The notes under the pieces are model-generated. The model saw only the letters and a program-made list of their open reading frames with translations, was not told the origin of the DNA and made no database searches. This document shows positions 44,428 to 56,652 of a DNA stretch of 64,000 nucleotides, piece after piece. Origin of the DNA: an uncultured Acidobacteriota bacterium (GTDB lineage Bacteria; Acidobacteriota; Blastocatellia; RBC074); assembly GCA_963796275.1 (NCBI GenBank), contig CAWCKY010000003.1, positions 1,056,001-1,120,000 of the forward strand. Direction: 5' to 3'. The stretch's first letter is position 1. Every line of letters starts with the position of its first letter. The position numbers and the translations under genes are program-made.

Positions 44428-47400
44428 ATGACACCACTCGAACTGCTCGGAATCGAAGAGGAACGGGACGCTTGTGCGATCATCGCATTCGTCAAGAAGG
44501 ACGGCCGGGCATCGCACGGAAATGTCAAGCGCACACTCGAAGCGCTTACCAAAATGGGGCATCGCACTGGCGAGATCGCCGGTGAAGGTGACGGCGCCGG
44601 AATTCAAACCGATATTCCGCGCGAGATCTGGAGGTGGCACCTCGAGTCGTGCGGGTTGATCGGTGAGACGGTCAACCATCCATATCTCACCATTGCTCAC
44701 ATCCTGCTACCCGCTTCCGAGCGCGCCAATCATGCTGACATCAAGCGGCGCGCGGTCGAAATTTTCGAAACGCGCGGGATGGAGATCGTTTTCGAACAGG
44801 ATGCTCAGACCCGCCATGAGGCTCTGGGGCCGCTGGGCCGGTTGAACGAGCCGCTCTTCTGGCAGGTTGCGGCGATTCCCCGCGGCGCCCGCAGGATGGA
44901 GAACCGCGATACTTTCCGGATCCACGTTCAGCTTGAGCGCGAGCTGCCGCTCCACGTCGCCAGTTTGAGCAAGACCAGCGTCGTATACAAAATTCGCGGC
45001 GACGCCGAAGCGCTGCGCCGTTATTTCCCAGAGCTGTCGAAACCCGATTTCAAATCGGCCATCACGCTCGGCCATGGGCGCTATTCGACCAATACCAACT
45101 CGGCAGCCGAGAAGGCGCAGATGTTTTCTACGCTCGGCCACAACGGAGAGATCAATTCGATCGATCGGCTGACGCGCGAAGCCGCAGCGCTCGGGTTCCA
45201 ACTCCCGCGGCAGGCGAGCGATTCGCAAATTCTCGATCGCGTCGTCGAGAGCTTCATGTTTATCTACGGCCTCTCGTTGATGGAGACGATTGAGATACTC
45301 TTCCCGCCGGTTTGGAGCGAGAGTGAAAAGTTCGATTCGCCGATGAAGAGCTATCACCGGTACTTTCGGCGGGCATTCGGTTCGCTGGCGCAGGGGCCGG
45401 CGGCCATCATCGCGCGCGAGGGCGATGAAGTCGTTTTCAGTTGCGATGCGCTCGGTTTGCGCCCGCTCTGGTTCGGGAAGACCGAGAAAGAATATTTCGC
45501 ATCGTCCGAAAAGGGCGTGGTGCCGCTCGAAGCGATGGCGGAAGATCCGCGCCCGCTCGCGCCCGGGGAGAAGATGGGGTTGCTAGTGCGGCGCGATAAC
45601 TTCGTTGTGGAAGTCTTCGAGCATCAGGAGATGCAGCAGCGCATCTTCGAGATGGCGTCATACCGATATGACTTCCGCCGGCTTAACGAAGTCACCATGA
45701 ACCCCGGAGTTTTCGACTTCGATCGGGCAGAAACAGAAGCGAAAGATGAGACGCCGGCAACCGCAAGTGAATCGCCGGAAGATGCGTTAGCCATCGCTGA
45801 GGCTCAGTCTGAGCGAGCGATAAAAATCGAACGCACGCTCGCCGCTACGGACGCTCTTGCGGCAATGGGCTGGACCAAGGAAGAGGTCGATAACCTCATG
45901 ACGACGGTGACGGGCAAGGACCCGCTGAGCGGCCTCGGTTATGACGGGCCGCTCGCCGCCTTCTCGAAAGTCCGCCGCAACCTGAGCGATTACTTTCAGG
46001 AGAGAGTTGCAGTCGTCACCAACCCCGCGATCGACCGTGTGCGCGAAGGCGATCACTTCTCGGTGCGCATCTTTTTGGGCAGCCGCCCCACGCTCGCGCC
46101 CGGCGGCGCGATGACCCAGCAGATCGAGTTGCGATCACCGCTCCTGCTCGGCGGCGGGGCGAATGACCGCAACTTTCTCATCGCGCATGCGGCTGTCGCG
46201 CAGGCCTACGGTACTTGCCTCATCGATGATATCGCCCGCGCATTCAGCGAGAGCGTCGAGGCGAATCCATTTTCTGCCGAAGCCTCTATCCGCCGGACTT
46301 TGCGTGGCCAGCACGCAGGCCGGGAATTACCCTCCGGATTGGTCACCGCTACGGTCGACATCGTATACGACGAAACCGAGACGCTCGCCGAAGCGATCGA
46401 ACGCATCAAGCGGGAAGCGCGCGAGGCCGTTGCGTCAGGGGCTACGCTGATCATCCTCGATGATTCGCGCGCTTATACCGAGCAGGAACTATTCATCGAT
46501 GCGCATCTCGCACTGTGCGCCGTCGATCAGGCCCTCAATAACTCGCTCGAAGTTTCCGTCTCCGGTTGCGCCGTCACATCTGATATCACGATCGGCATCG
46601 CAAATGCCGGCGAATCAAACGGAACAAACGGAACAAACGGGGCAAACGGGGCAAACGGGGCAGACGGGGCGGCAATCGACTCAATCGGGACTGGGCCGGC
46701 CAGCGGTGAGCCGGGGCCTGGAAATGAGAGTTTGCGCCGCAAATGCAGCATCGTCTTGAAGTCGGGCCAGCTCCGCAATCTTCATGATATCTGTTTCGCT
46801 CTCGGCTGCGGCGCGGATGCGGTCAACCCCTATGCTCTGTACGAGGTCGCGCTGCGCGACGCGGCCGATGAGGAGTCGGCCAAGAAGGCGCTGTTCAATT
46901 GCTTTGCCATGCATCATACGGGCATCGAGAAGGTCATGTCGACTATGGGAGTTCATGAGGTGGACGGATACGGCCGCCTCTTCGCTTCAATCGGCCTCTC
47001 GCCCGAGTTGGCCGACATCTTCGGCATCAAGAACTATTGTGGCTCGCGGGAGGCCGGCTTAACGCTGGCGAAGCTTGACCGGGAGCTGCGCAGCCGACTG
47101 GCTGCCCGCAAAGAGCAGGCGAAGAAATCCGACGCGCCGGTCAAGCTCACCGGCACATCGGGTTTGTCGCGCGAGTACCGGCGGCAGCCCTACGTTTGGA
47201 GCGCGGCGGGCAAGGTTGCGCGCAAGGAAGAACGCTATGAAACCTTCATTCAGAAGCTGGCTGAGATAGAACAGAAGGACCCTGTTTCCCTGCGGCACCT
47301 GCTCGACCTGAACGAACGCGCGATCGTCACGCGTAACCAGGCCGACACGAAGATAGGCAACCACAACGCTCCGATTTTCATTGCCGCGATGTCATTCGGC

Positions 47401-49332
47401 TCGCAGGGCGAGACGACGTTTCGCGCTTACGCGGAGGCGGCGAAGCGCTTGAGGATCGTGGCGATGAACGGCGAGGGCGGCGAGATTCCCGATATGATGG
47501 GCCGGTATAAAGAGTATCGGGGCCAGCAGGTCGCATCGGGACGATTCGGGGTCAACATCCACCTGCTCAACTGCGCCGATTTCATCGAGATCAAGATCGG
47601 ACAGGGGGCCAAACCCGGCGAGGGTGGACACCTGCCTGGTTTCAAGGTTACGGATCTGATCGCGAAGACGCGCCACACGCCGAAGGGCATCGACCTTCTT
47701 TCGCCGTCGAATAATCATGACATCTATTCGATCGAAGATCTCGCTCAGGTCATCGCTGAACTCAAGACCGCCAACCCGCACGCGAAGGTATCGGTCAAGA
47801 TTCCGGCTGTTCCCTTCATCGGTCCGATTGCGACGGGGGTCGCCAAAGCGCACGCGGACATCATAGCCATCAGCGGATACGACGGTGGGACCGGGGCCGC
47901 ACGCAAACACGCGCTGCGCCACGTCGGTATGCCCGTCGAGATAGGCGTCAAAGAAGCGCACCGGGCATTGCTCAAATCCGGTCTCCGCAACCGCGTCGAA
48001 ATCTGGGCCGACGGCGGAATCAAAGCGGGCGTCGATGTCGTCAAGCTCATGCTTCTCGGCGCCAATCGCGTCGGCTTCGGAACGATGGCGATGGCGGCGG
48101 TGGGCTGCACGAGCTGCCGCGAATGCAACACCGGAACTTGTCACGTCGGAATCACGGCGCATTTCCCATCGACCGAAACGGCGCATGACGCGGGAGTCAA
48201 GAAATATACGCCACGCGATTACGATAAATCGGTCGACTCGCTGGTCAATTTCTTCAACCAGGTGATAAACGAGATCGGCATCTGGACGATGCGGCTCGGT
48301 TTTCATCGGACCCAGGATCTGGTCGGCCGTTCGGATTTGATGAAGCAGACGCGCGACCGCGACCTGATCGATCTCGAATACCTGCTCGCCGGTGTCGAGG
48401 TGACCGAGGCGTTCGAGCCCGAAAAAATGCAGGAGGACCAGATCGGGCGCGCCTATCGCCCGCGCACATCATTGACCAAGATAGTATCGGACGAAATTTA
48501 CAGTCTGATCGAGAAGGGCAAGTCGATCGCGATCTTCGAAGACGACAAGGTAACTTCGGTCGATCGCTCTCTCGGCACTCATCTATCGGGAAAACTCGCG
48601 CGCGAGCAGTATCGCGGCAAGATGCCGGCGCATTTTAAGCGTGCGATGCTGCATTTCACCGAGGGATCGATCTCCGGTAACGGGCTCGGCGCATACAACA
48701 TCGAGGGCGTCGACATCATCGTCGAGGGGGGAGTGCAGGACAGCGCGGCCAAGAGCAGTTGCGGCGGGACGATTGCAATCTTGAAGGGCATGAACCACGA
48801 CGGCATACGTTTTGACGGTTCCGTCGGCAAATGTTTCGGGTATGGGGCCCAGGGCGGAGCTCTCATAGTGCAGGGAGATGCCGATTCTCGCGCAGGCATT
48901 CGCCTCTCGGGAGCCGATTTGATAATCGCCGGTAAGCTACGAGAGCCGCTGAGCGACGATCTGGGATGCATCGCCTCGCGCGCGAATATCAAGGGTTTCG
49001 CCTTTGAATATATGACCAGCGGGCGCGGCATGGTGCTCGGCGATCCCGGCCCTTGGCTCTGTTCGGGAATGACGGGGGGCGTGGTATACCTCAAACTCGA
49101 TGAGTTGCTGGGGTTGGATGAATCCGCGCTCGAGCGTCGCTTGGCGAAAGGCGCGGAAGTGACAATCGAACCGGTCGGCGGCGTGGATGATGAAAAGAAC
49201 GTCCGTGAAATGTTGACGACATATATCAGCGTGCTAACGGCGCACGAGCAGAAGGAAGAAGCCGACGTGATTCGCGGGTTGCTGCGTGAATGGCAGAGTT
49301 CGTTTGTGAAGGCTGTGCCGCGAAGGAAATGA
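44428..49332 (+). CDS. gltB: Glutamate synthase large subunit
   Basis: RDA|C N-terminal nucleophile, [54 protein letters not shown] domain with EYMT. Confidence 0.95.
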   Translation: MTPLELLGIEEERDACAIIAFVKKDGRASHGNVKRTLEALTKMGHRTGEIAGEGDGAGIQTDIPREIWRWHLESCGLIGETVNHPYLTIAHILLPASERANHADIKRRAVEIFETRGMEIVFEQDAQTRHEALGPLGRLNEPLFWQVAAIPRGARRMENRDTFRIHVQLERELPLHVASLSKTSVVYKIRGDAEALRRYFPELSKPDFKSAITLGHGRYSTNTNSAAEKAQMFSTLGHNGEINSIDRLTREAAALGFQLPRQASDSQILDRVVESFMFIYGLSLMETIEILFPPVWSESEKFDSPMKSYHRYFRRAFGSLAQGPAAIIAREGDEVVFSCDALGLRPLWFGKTEKEYFASSEKGVVPLEAMAEDPRPLAPGEKMGLLVRRDNFVVEVFEHQEMQQRIFEMASYRYDFRRLNEVTMNPGVFDFDRAETEAKDETPATASESPEDALAIAEAQSERAIKIERTLAATDALAAMGWTKEEVDNLMTTVTGKDPLSGLGYDGPLAAFSKVRRNLSDYFQERVAVVTNPAIDRVREGDHFSVRIFLGSRPTLAPGGAMTQQIELRSPLLLGGGANDRNFLIAHAAVAQAYGTCLIDDIARAFSESVEANPFSAEASIRRTLRGQHAGRELPSGLVTATVDIVYDETETLAEAIERIKREAREAVASGATLIILDDSRAYTEQELFIDAHLALCAVDQALNNSLEVSVSGCAVTSDITIGIANAGESNGTNGTNGANGANGADGAAIDSIGTGPASGEPGPGNESLRRKCSIVLKSGQLRNLHDICFALGCGADAVNPYALYEVALRDAADEESAKKALFNCFAMHHTGIEKVMSTMGVHEVDGYGRLFASIGLSPELADIFGIKNYCGSREAGLTLAKLDRELRSRLAARKEQAKKSDAPVKLTGTSGLSREYRRQPYVWSAAGKVARKEERYETFIQKLAEIEQKDPVSLRHLLDLNERAIVTRNQADTKIGNHNAPIFIAAMSFGSQGETTFRAYAEAAKRLRIVAMNGEGGEIPDMMGRYKEYRGQQVASGRFGVNIHLLNCADFIEIKIGQGAKPGEGGHLPGFKVTDLIAKTRHTPKGIDLLSPSNNHDIYSIEDLAQVIAELKTANPHAKVSVKIPAVPFIGPIATGVAKAHADIIAISGYDGGTGAARKHALRHVGMPVEIGVKEAHRALLKSGLRNRVEIWADGGIKAGVDVVKLMLLGANRVGFGTMAMAAVGCTSCRECNTGTCHVGITAHFPSTETAHDAGVKKYTPRDYDKSVDSLVNFFNQVINEIGIWTMRLGFHRTQDLVGRSDLMKQTRDRDLIDLEYLLAGVEVTEAFEPEKMQEDQIGRAYRPRTSLTKIVSDEIYSLIEKGKSIAIFEDDKVTSVDRSLGTHLSGKLAREQYRGKMPAHFKRAMLHFTEGSISGNGLGAYNIEGVDIIVEGGVQDSAAKSSCGGTIAILKGMNHDGIRFDGSVGKCFGYGAQGGALIVQGDADSRAGIRLSGADLIIAGKLREPLSDDLGCIASRANIKGFAFEYMTSGRGMVLGDPGPWLCSGMTGGVVYLKLDELLGLDESALERRLAKGAEVTIEPVGGVDDEKNVREMLTTYISVLTAHEQKEEADVIRGLLREWQSSFVKAVPRRK

Positions 49333-49431
49333 AGCGGCAATGATATTGCGAGTATTCCCGCCGTTGCCCTAGTGCTACTGTGTCACAAAATTCTCGAAAT
49401 TCGCATATGCGATCCGTGTATCGCCGCGTTG

Positions 49432-49637
49432 GGATGGCGGAGCATTTGGAGTGCGGTACCAGGCCAGGCGATGCCGCTGGCGAATTCGTTTTGGACAGCA
49501 AATCAGTACCGCGAGCGGTAGCGAGCGTGGCTCTCGCAAAGGATTTACGCCGGAAGTCACGCTCGCTACCGCTCGCGGTACTGATTCGCCAGCAGTATCC
49601 CAGGCCAGGCTACCACACTCCAAATGCTCCGCCATCC
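49432..49637. repeat. Nested inverted repeat: outer ggatggcggagcatttggagtg shell, inner perfect 29-bp REP doublet
   Basis: aatcagtaccgcgagcggtagcgagcgtg (49501-49529) and its exact reverse complement (49558-49586). Confidence 0.88.
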
Positions 49638-49667
49638 TCTTAATATCAGTTTAATATCAGATGCATT

Positions 49668-51326
49668 CTACTTCTTCCCCAGGAATATCCTGGCCTGCTC
49701 CAGCTCAGGTCTTTCGACATCCGCCTTCTCGCACAGTTTAACCAGTTGTGAGTAGTAGCCTGCGGCCTTCTCCCGATCGCCCGCCAGCTCCGAAGCGCGG
49801 GCTGCTCCATAGAGCCCGATGAAGCGATTCGGCGCTTCTCGCAGCGCCGCTTCGAACTCAATCAGCGCCAGATCCGCCCGCTTTGTTGCAAGCAGCAAAT
49901 CACCCAACTGCTCGCGCGCCGGAAGGATCGCCCCCGGCGTAACCGGGTGTTTATCTGTCGAATCCTCCAGATCAGCCGCCATCCGCATCAACTTGACCGC
50001 CTCATCCTTTTTTCCCTCTGCATAGGCGAGCCAGGCAGACGCAACATTAATTTGAATCTCGACCTGTTTTCCCCAATCGTAACCGCCTCCGGTGTTCGTG
50101 AGGCTCCGGCGAATCTCAGCCAATTTTTCGACATCCTGTTTATTCACATTGCCGCTCCGCGCGGCCCCGATAACGCGAGCGCAATAAATATGAGCCTCCG
50201 CCCAGCGAAAGCGATCCCACGGAAATGTGCTCGGGGCAATCTTCAACTTCGCAGCTTCCTCCCATTGCCGCCGTTCGAGCGCATAACGCGCGGGAATGGC
50301 TGAGAAAGCATATGCCGCCGCGAAAGTCTCAGGTTCACCCTTATCGATCTTGCCCAACTCATCGACCACGCCCCACGCCTTCTTGTCCTGAGCGCCCTGC
50401 AGGTAGGCGTAAACGAGATAGTCCATCGCGTGGAGTTGTTGATCCCAAGCGCCGGCCAGGCGATGTTTGATGCCGTAGGCCTTCGCCGCAGCCTCAGAGT
50501 TCAGGTTCGATTGAATGGAATCTTGCCATAATCCTAGACGCGTGAAGATGTGTGAAGGCATGTGACGAGCATGTGCGGAGGCCGGCGCGATTTTCGCATA
50601 ATTACGAGCCGCGGGCAGCGCCAGGTTCGCTAATTGCGGATAATCGAAACTGTGGATAAGGTAGTGGGTTACTCCCGGATGCTCCGGTTCTACCGCCAGG
50701 ACCCCATTGAGAATCTCGGCGGCTTTCTTCTCGTTGGCGTACGTCTTATCATTCGCCATCATTCCCTTCGCGATGAGCGTCAGCGCGTAAAACACCGCCG
50801 CTTCGCGGTCCTGCGCATATTCCCGATAGAGCTTCTCCATCGCCTCACTGTAAGCGAGCGCGCGAGTTTTATGATCAAGTTTGTTGGCATCTTGGTAAAA
50901 TATTGCGATTGCCGCGATGTAGCCTTGTTCGCGCTTCGTCTGGGCGCCCGCGGAACGAGCTTTTTCAACGGCGGCCTCACCCTTTTTTAGCTCTGTCGGT
51001 GTCGGCGGAGCCCAGATCGGGTGGTAGTTGCTCATCGCGATTCCCCAATAAGCCATACCGCATTTTGGGTCAACCACGCTGACTGCTGTGAATGCTCGTT
51101 CAGCCTCCTCGTATTCAAAAGAATGCAGCCATGCGACCGCGCGCCTGAATTGTTGACCGGCCGCATCGCTGCAGGATACCGGAAAATTGACGCTCCCGAT
51201 TTTATCAGCGGCGTCGTGTTGATGATCGTGTTGCTCGTGTCGTTGTCGATCCTGCGGATTAACCGGGGAGAAACAGAGCGCGACAAGGATAGCAACGTAG
51301 GTAAGCGCCTGGCTGCTGCGTTTCAT
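49668..51326 (-). CDS. Secreted TPR-like helical protein
   Basis: Signal peptide, His-rich N-terminus, LHSFEY, HYLIH, HMPSHIF, helical repeats. Confidence 0.8.
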   Translation of the reverse strand: MKRSSQALTYVAILVALCFSPVNPQDRQRHEQHDHQHDAADKIGSVNFPVSCSDAAGQQFRRAVAWLHSFEYEEAERAFTAVSVVDPKCGMAYWGIAMSNYHPIWAPPTPTELKKGEAAVEKARSAGAQTKREQGYIAAIAIFYQDANKLDHKTRALAYSEAMEKLYREYAQDREAAVFYALTLIAKGMMANDKTYANEKKAAEILNGVLAVEPEHPGVTHYLIHSFDYPQLANLALPAARNYAKIAPASAHARHMPSHIFTRLGLWQDSIQSNLNSEAAAKAYGIKHRLAGAWDQQLHAMDYLVYAYLQGAQDKKAWGVVDELGKIDKGEPETFAAAYAFSAIPARYALERRQWEEAAKLKIAPSTFPWDRFRWAEAHIYCARVIGAARSGNVNKQDVEKLAEIRRSLTNTGGGYDWGKQVEIQINVASAWLAYAEGKKDEAVKLMRMAADLEDSTDKHPVTPGAILPAREQLGDLLLATKRADLALIEFEAALREAPNRFIGLYGAARASELAGDREKAAGYYSQLVKLCEKADVERPELEQARIFLGKK

Positions 51327-51769
51327 AACTGGCCCCTCCTAAGATTAATAAGCATACGCCTGTACCGGCTATTATCCAATCGTTGAATCCCGTTGGTGAA
51401 TTGCATCGAATAGGAGACATTATTGTGTAAATCAAATGTAGAGCTGACAATTTTGTCATTTGCTGCTTAAGCGGACTTGGGATTCGCGCCTGACTCCGAA
51501 GTCTGAATACGCCGGAAAACGCGCATCATTGTCCTGACATCTTCCTCTTGGCGAGATGCTACTACCTCGGCGACCGCCAAGTAACGAAAATGTGACGAAG
51601 AAATGACAAAATAGCAGACAAAGTTCGCCTATCCGGACACATAAGTCCCAGAGCCATGCAGTCGTAATCCCGATTCCCAAATGCTAGAAACATCCCGCGC
51701 GTATTTTTATCTTTTTTTCAAATACTCTGCTCCCAGACTCCGCGGGACTAGAACCTCGAGATTTCCAGT

Positions 51770-51817
51770 TGATACAAAATTGTTATATGAGATGCTATCA
51801 ATGACATCTTTGTATCA
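51770..51817. promoter_or_regulatory. Paired inverted 16-bp sites, putative enhancer-binding-protein sites
   Basis: TGATACAAAATTGTTA and TGACATCTTTGTATCA (reverse complement TGATACAAAGATGTCA); centres 32 bp apart. Confidence 0.5.
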
Positions 51818-51916
51818 ATCGTATCGAGGGATCGAGCGGCCTGCGAAGGACCTATAATGCACAAATATCCAATCAGGAGCTTACCTTACGCCGGTTAGGG
51901 GATTGCCATGCCGCTT

Positions 51917-51933
51917 CTGGCATGAGGTTTGCT
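51917..51933 (+). promoter_or_regulatory. Sigma54 (-24/-12) promoter of glnD
   Basis: CTGGCATGAGGTTTGCT = TGGCA...TTGCT with exact GG-N10-GC spacing. Confidence 0.75.
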
Positions 51934-51954
51934 TTTCGTATTGCGGCGGATGAA

Positions 51955-54684
51955 ATGCAAATTAATCTGGCGACAATCGAGCAGCATGCCGGCGAGAAGC
52001 TGCGGCGTATCGAGAGCCAACCGAGTTCGGCGGAGCGGCTCATTGCGCTCAAAAAGTTTTTGAAAATAGAGACGCAGCGTTTGCATCTACGCCATCGGTT
52101 CGGCATCGGCGGGTCTCAGATCGTCGCAGCGCGCAGTTTGATCGTAGATTTACTGATCCGGCGTATAGCGCGCGCAGCGGTTGAAGAGAGGTCCGGAGGG
52201 GCATCTCAAACAGATCAGTTCGCCATCGTCGCGCTCGGAGGTTATGGGCGGCAGGAGCTGTCCCCTTACTCCGACATAGATATTCTCTTTTTGCATCAAG
52301 GCCGCAAGGATTCCGCATCTGCTGCGCAACTTAGTGAGGCGATCCTCTATCTACTCTGGGATATCGGCTTCACCGTCGGACATAGCGTTCGTTCTTTAAG
52401 CGAATGCGTCTCAATTGCAAAAGATGACATCGTCTCGCGCAATTCAATGGTCGATGCGCGATTGCTCTGGGGTGGCGCCGATGTCTTCCGGACGCTCAAT
52501 GAACGTCTGGACGAAGAGGTCTTTGAGAAGAAAAAACGCGAACTGCTCGTCGAACTGACGATCGAGCGAACGGCGCGCTACCATAAATTCGGTGAAGTGG
52601 CGTGTCTGCAGGAGCCGAACGTCAAAGAGTCGGCGGGCGGCTTGCGCGATCTGCACTCGCTGCTCTGGACGTCCCGAATCGCTTATGGTCATGCGACGCT
52701 GGAGGCTCTGGCCGGGGCAGGAGTGGTCCCGGAGCGTGATGTAAAGGCAATCAATGCCGCTTACGATTTTCTGCTGTGCGTCAGAAACGAGCTTCATTTC
52801 CTGACCGGCAGGCGCACCGATATGCTATCGCTCGATTTACAGCAACAGGTGGCGCGCAATCAGCGTTACACGGACACGGCGCAGCAGCAGGCTTCCGAAA
52901 TATTCATGCGCGATTACTACCTGCACGCGCGCAGGTTGCATCGCCTGTGCGAGGCGCATTTGCAGCGAGCGGTAGCGAAGCAGGAGAAGCGAGGGTGGTT
53001 CAGCCGAGCACGGACTGCGCCGGCCATCGGGGGATTCGTTATGCGGGATGGGGCCCTCGACCTCGAGACATCGATCGAAAATTTGGGCGGCCGGCGCGCA
53101 GGTTCGCTGGACGGGCACAGAATGATGCTCGCATTCGGATACGCACAGGCGACCGGAGCGGCTTTAAGCGCGAACCTGCAGGAAGCGATTCAATCGAGCC
53201 TGCCCGCGGTCAATCGCGCGTTCCGTGCTTCACCCGAAGCCGCCACGGCATTCGTCAAGATGCTGCGCACGAAGGGGCGCGTTGCCGCCGGTCTGCGGAT
53301 GATGCATGAGCTCGACTTCTTCGGCAAGTTCATGCCGGAGTTCGGGCGCCTCACGTGTCTGGTTCAGCACGATCTCTATCATCGATACACGGTTGACGAG
53401 CACACGTTGCGCGCCATCGAGATGATCGACGAGCTCGCGAATTCGCGCAGCAAGTCGCTCGAGCGCTATCGCAATTTATACAATGAGATCGCCGATCCGG
53501 CCGTTTTGAATCTGGGGTTGCTGATGCACGACATCGGCAAGGGGCTGGGTGGAGGCCATACGGAGAAGGGAATCCGGATCGCCGAGCGGGTTTGCAGCAG
53601 GCTGCAGCTCGAACGAGAGACGACAGAGACCGTGCTCTTCCTCATCCGTGAGCACCTCAAAATGTCGCATATTTCGCAGCGCCGCGATCTGGCCGACGAG
53701 AAGGTGGTTCTCGATTTCGCCGCTCAGGTGGGTTCGCTCGACCATCTCAATATGCTGACGCTTCTCACTTACGGCGATATCAACGCGGTCGGACAAGGCG
53801 TCTGGAACGAATGGAAAGACGTGCTCTTGTGGGAGCTCTACACGAAAACGCGCGGGATATTACGGCCGGACGAAGAGGGGGAACGCGATATCGAGCCGCT
53901 GCGCCAGCGCATCGGTCGGATGCTCGCCAGCGAAGTCGACTACAACGAGGTGCGAGGTCATTTCCAATTGCTTCCCGAGGATTACACGCGCTCCACGCCG
54001 CCACAGACGATCATTGAGCACATCAGGCTGGCCCATTCGCTCAATTCCCGTCTGGCGCGGACGAGCTGGCGCATCAACACGCAGTCGCGCTGCACGGATT
54101 TACATCTATGCGCGCGCAACCGGCGCGGCCTGTTCGCCGCTGTAGCGGGGGCACTCTCTGCCCAGGGCGTCAATATCCTGAGCGTCCATCTCAATACGCG
54201 CGCTGACGGGTTGGCCGTCGATTCCTTCAAGGTCCGAGACACCGCCGGCGAGCCGATCACCGACCCGCTGCGATGGGAACAGATCGACAACACGATCAGG
54301 CGCGCTTTGAGCGGAGAGATCGATGTCGCCGCAGCGGTAGCCAAGAGATTGCTCGCGCAGAGCGGCTCGCGCTTGCAGAAGCGCAGATCCTTTCCGCCCG
54401 CGACGACTCGCATCAACTGGGATAATCAGACTTCGGACAAGAGCACCATCCTCGAGGTTCGGACTGCCGACAGGCTGGGCCTGGTTTACCGGATAACGAG
54501 CACGCTTACCGCCCTCCATCTCGATATCGGCTTCGCCAAGGTTGCGACTGAGAAACATCTCGCGCTGGACGTTTTTTACGTGGCGAATGCGACAGGCGAG
54601 AAGCTAAGCGATGTCGAGTTGCCCGCGATTGAGGAAGCCATTCGGGAAGCGCTCAGTGAAAAGAATGTAGTCGGTAGTCGGTAG
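51955..54684 (+). CDS. glnD: PII uridylyltransferase / uridylyl-removing enzyme
   Basis: GGYGR..SDID, EPNVKE..GGLRD, HRYTVDEH, HDIGKG and two ACT domains; start moved to MQINL because the upstream ATG lies inside the promoter. Confidence 0.95.
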   Translation: MQINLATIEQHAGEKLRRIESQPSSAERLIALKKFLKIETQRLHLRHRFGIGGSQIVAARSLIVDLLIRRIARAAVEERSGGASQTDQFAIVALGGYGRQELSPYSDIDILFLHQGRKDSASAAQLSEAILYLLWDIGFTVGHSVRSLSECVSIAKDDIVSRNSMVDARLLWGGADVFRTLNERLDEEVFEKKKRELLVELTIERTARYHKFGEVACLQEPNVKESAGGLRDLHSLLWTSRIAYGHATLEALAGAGVVPERDVKAINAAYDFLLCVRNELHFLTGRRTDMLSLDLQQQVARNQRYTDTAQQQASEIFMRDYYLHARRLHRLCEAHLQRAVAKQEKRGWFSRARTAPAIGGFVMRDGALDLETSIENLGGRRAGSLDGHRMMLAFGYAQATGAALSANLQEAIQSSLPAVNRAFRASPEAATAFVKMLRTKGRVAAGLRMMHELDFFGKFMPEFGRLTCLVQHDLYHRYTVDEHTLRAIEMIDELANSRSKSLERYRNLYNEIADPAVLNLGLLMHDIGKGLGGGHTEKGIRIAERVCSRLQLERETTETVLFLIREHLKMSHISQRRDLADEKVVLDFAAQVGSLDHLNMLTLLTYGDINAVGQGVWNEWKDVLLWELYTKTRGILRPDEEGERDIEPLRQRIGRMLASEVDYNEVRGHFQLLPEDYTRSTPPQTIIEHIRLAHSLNSRLARTSWRINTQSRCTDLHLCARNRRGLFAAVAGALSAQGVNILSVHLNTRADGLAVDSFKVRDTAGEPITDPLRWEQIDNTIRRALSGEIDVAAAVAKRLLAQSGSRLQKRRSFPPATTRINWDNQTSDKSTILEVRTADRLGLVYRITSTLTALHLDIGFAKVATEKHLALDVFYVANATGEKLSDVELPAIEEAIREALSEKNVVGSR

Positions 54685-54776
54685 TCGGTAGTCGGTTGCC
54701 GGTAGTCGGTTTCTGGCTATGTCTGAGAATTAGCTATTGCGAACCGAGAACCGTTAACCGACTACCGACTACCGAT
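54667..54776 (+). repeat. Heptamer inverted-repeat hairpin, (GTAGTCG)n...(CGACTAC)n
   Basis: Visible directly; contains the glnD stop codon. Confidence 0.85.
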
Positions 54777-54804
54777 AATATCCACACGAGAGGAAACTCT
54801 GTTT

Positions 54805-56274
54805 ATGAAAACAAAAAACGCAATCATACGTGCCTTCGGCGTTATGTTAGGTTCACTGATCACAACACTGTCGGTCCTCGGCCAGACGCCGACGGTTGAC
54901 GAGCGTCTGGCGAAGGCGGAAGCCGCACTGGCGAGCGCGCAGATGTCGGGTGATAATGCCTGGATGCTCGCCAGCTCGGCGTTAGTCCTGATGATGACCG
55001 GGCCGGGATTGGCTCTCTTCTATGGCGGGCTCGTGCGCAAAAAAAATGTGCTCGCCACGATGATGCAGAGCTTCATCCTTATGGCGGTTGTCACGGTACT
55101 GTGGGCATTTTATGGCTACAGCATCGCGTTCTCTGAAGGGACATCGTTTTTCGGGAATCTGAATTATCTGTTTCTGAACGGAGTAACGGGTGATCCCAAT
55201 TCGACCTATGCCGGGACCATTCCGCATCAGACATTCATGGTCTTTCAATTGATGTTCGCCATCATCACACCCGCACTGATAACCGGAGCGTTCGCCGAGA
55301 GGATGAAGTTCAGCGCGATGCTGGCTTTTACGGTGCTCTGGTCGACCATCGTTTACTTTCCGCTGGCTCATATGGTCTGGGGATCCGGCGGACTGCTGGC
55401 CCTTCCGCTGCTCAATGGCAAGATCAATTCGCTGGATTTTGCCGGCGGCACAGTCGTTCACATCTCTTCCGGATTTTCGGCTCTCGTCTGTGCGATCTAT
55501 CTGGGGAAGCGCATCGGATATCCGCGGACGCCTATCGCACCGCACAACCTGGTCATCAGCGTAATCGGCGCTTGTCTGCTGTGGGTCGGCTGGTTCGGCT
55601 TCAACGCGGGCAGCGCAGTCGCCGCCGGTAAACTCGCTTCGAGCGCATTCGTCGCAACCCATTTCGGCGCGGCCGCCGCCGTGCTCGGATGGCTGATCGT
55701 CGAGTGGCTGCGCCAGGGCAAACCGACGATTCTGGGCGGCATCACGGGCGCGGTCGCGGGTTTGGTCGGTATTACTCCGGCATCAGGCTTCGTCACGCCG
55801 ATGGCGGCGCTGGCGGTCGGGTTCATCACCGGTATCGTTTGTTTCTTTTCCGTCACGGAACTCAAGAAGCGGCTCGGTTTCGACGATTCGCTCGATGCTT
55901 TCGGCGTTCACGGCGTCGGGGGGCTGACGGGGGCCATACTGACCGGGGTATTCGCGTCGAAAGTCGTCCAGGATATATATGGCGGCAACGCGGTAGGCTT
56001 GCTCGAAGGCAATCCCGGTCAGGTCATCAATCAACTGATTGCCTCCGGCATTGCGATCGGTTTGGCAGTGGTCTCCACATTTATTATTCTCAAGGCGGTG
56101 GATCTCGTCATAGGAGTACGCGTGACGAGTGATGAAGAAGTGCAGGGACTCGATGTGACGCTACACGGAGAAGAAGGATACAACTTCGATCTGGACCTGA
56201 TCACAACGAGCCGCTTGAGCGAAGAGGTGGTCGAACCCGGCTTCGCTGCTGCACCCAATCCGGTCGGCAAATAG
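54805..56274 (+). CDS. amtB: Ammonium transporter
   Basis: GLALFYGG, FQLMFAIIT, DFAGGTVVH, WFGFNAGS, DDSLDAFGVHG. Confidence 0.97.
   Translation: MKTKNAIIRAFGVMLGSLITTLSVLGQTPTVDERLAKAEAALASAQMSGDNAWMLASSALVLMMTGPGLALFYGGLVRKKNVLATMMQSFILMAVVTVLWAFYGYSIAFSEGTSFFGNLNYLFLNGVTGDPNSTYAGTIPHQTFMVFQLMFAIITPALITGAFAERMKFSAMLAFTVLWSTIVYFPLAHMVWGSGGLLALPLLNGKINSLDFAGGTVVHISSGFSALVCAIYLGKRIGYPRTPIAPHNLVISVIGACLLWVGWFGFNAGSAVAAGKLASSAFVATHFGAAAAVLGWLIVEWLRQGKPTILGGITGAVAGLVGITPASGFVTPMAALAVGFITGIVCFFSVTELKKRLGFDDSLDAFGVHGVGGLTGAILTGVFASKVVQDIYGGNAVGLLEGNPGQVINQLIASGIAIGLAVVSTFIILKAVDLVIGVRVTSDEEVQGLDVTLHGEEGYNFDLDLITTSRLSEEVVEPGFAAAPNPVGK

Positions 56275-56652
<378 letters not shown>

Noticed and set aside
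51922-51954. ORF-track start of glnD (MRFAFRIAADE)
   Set aside because: That ATG lies inside the predicted sigma54 promoter; 51955 is preferred
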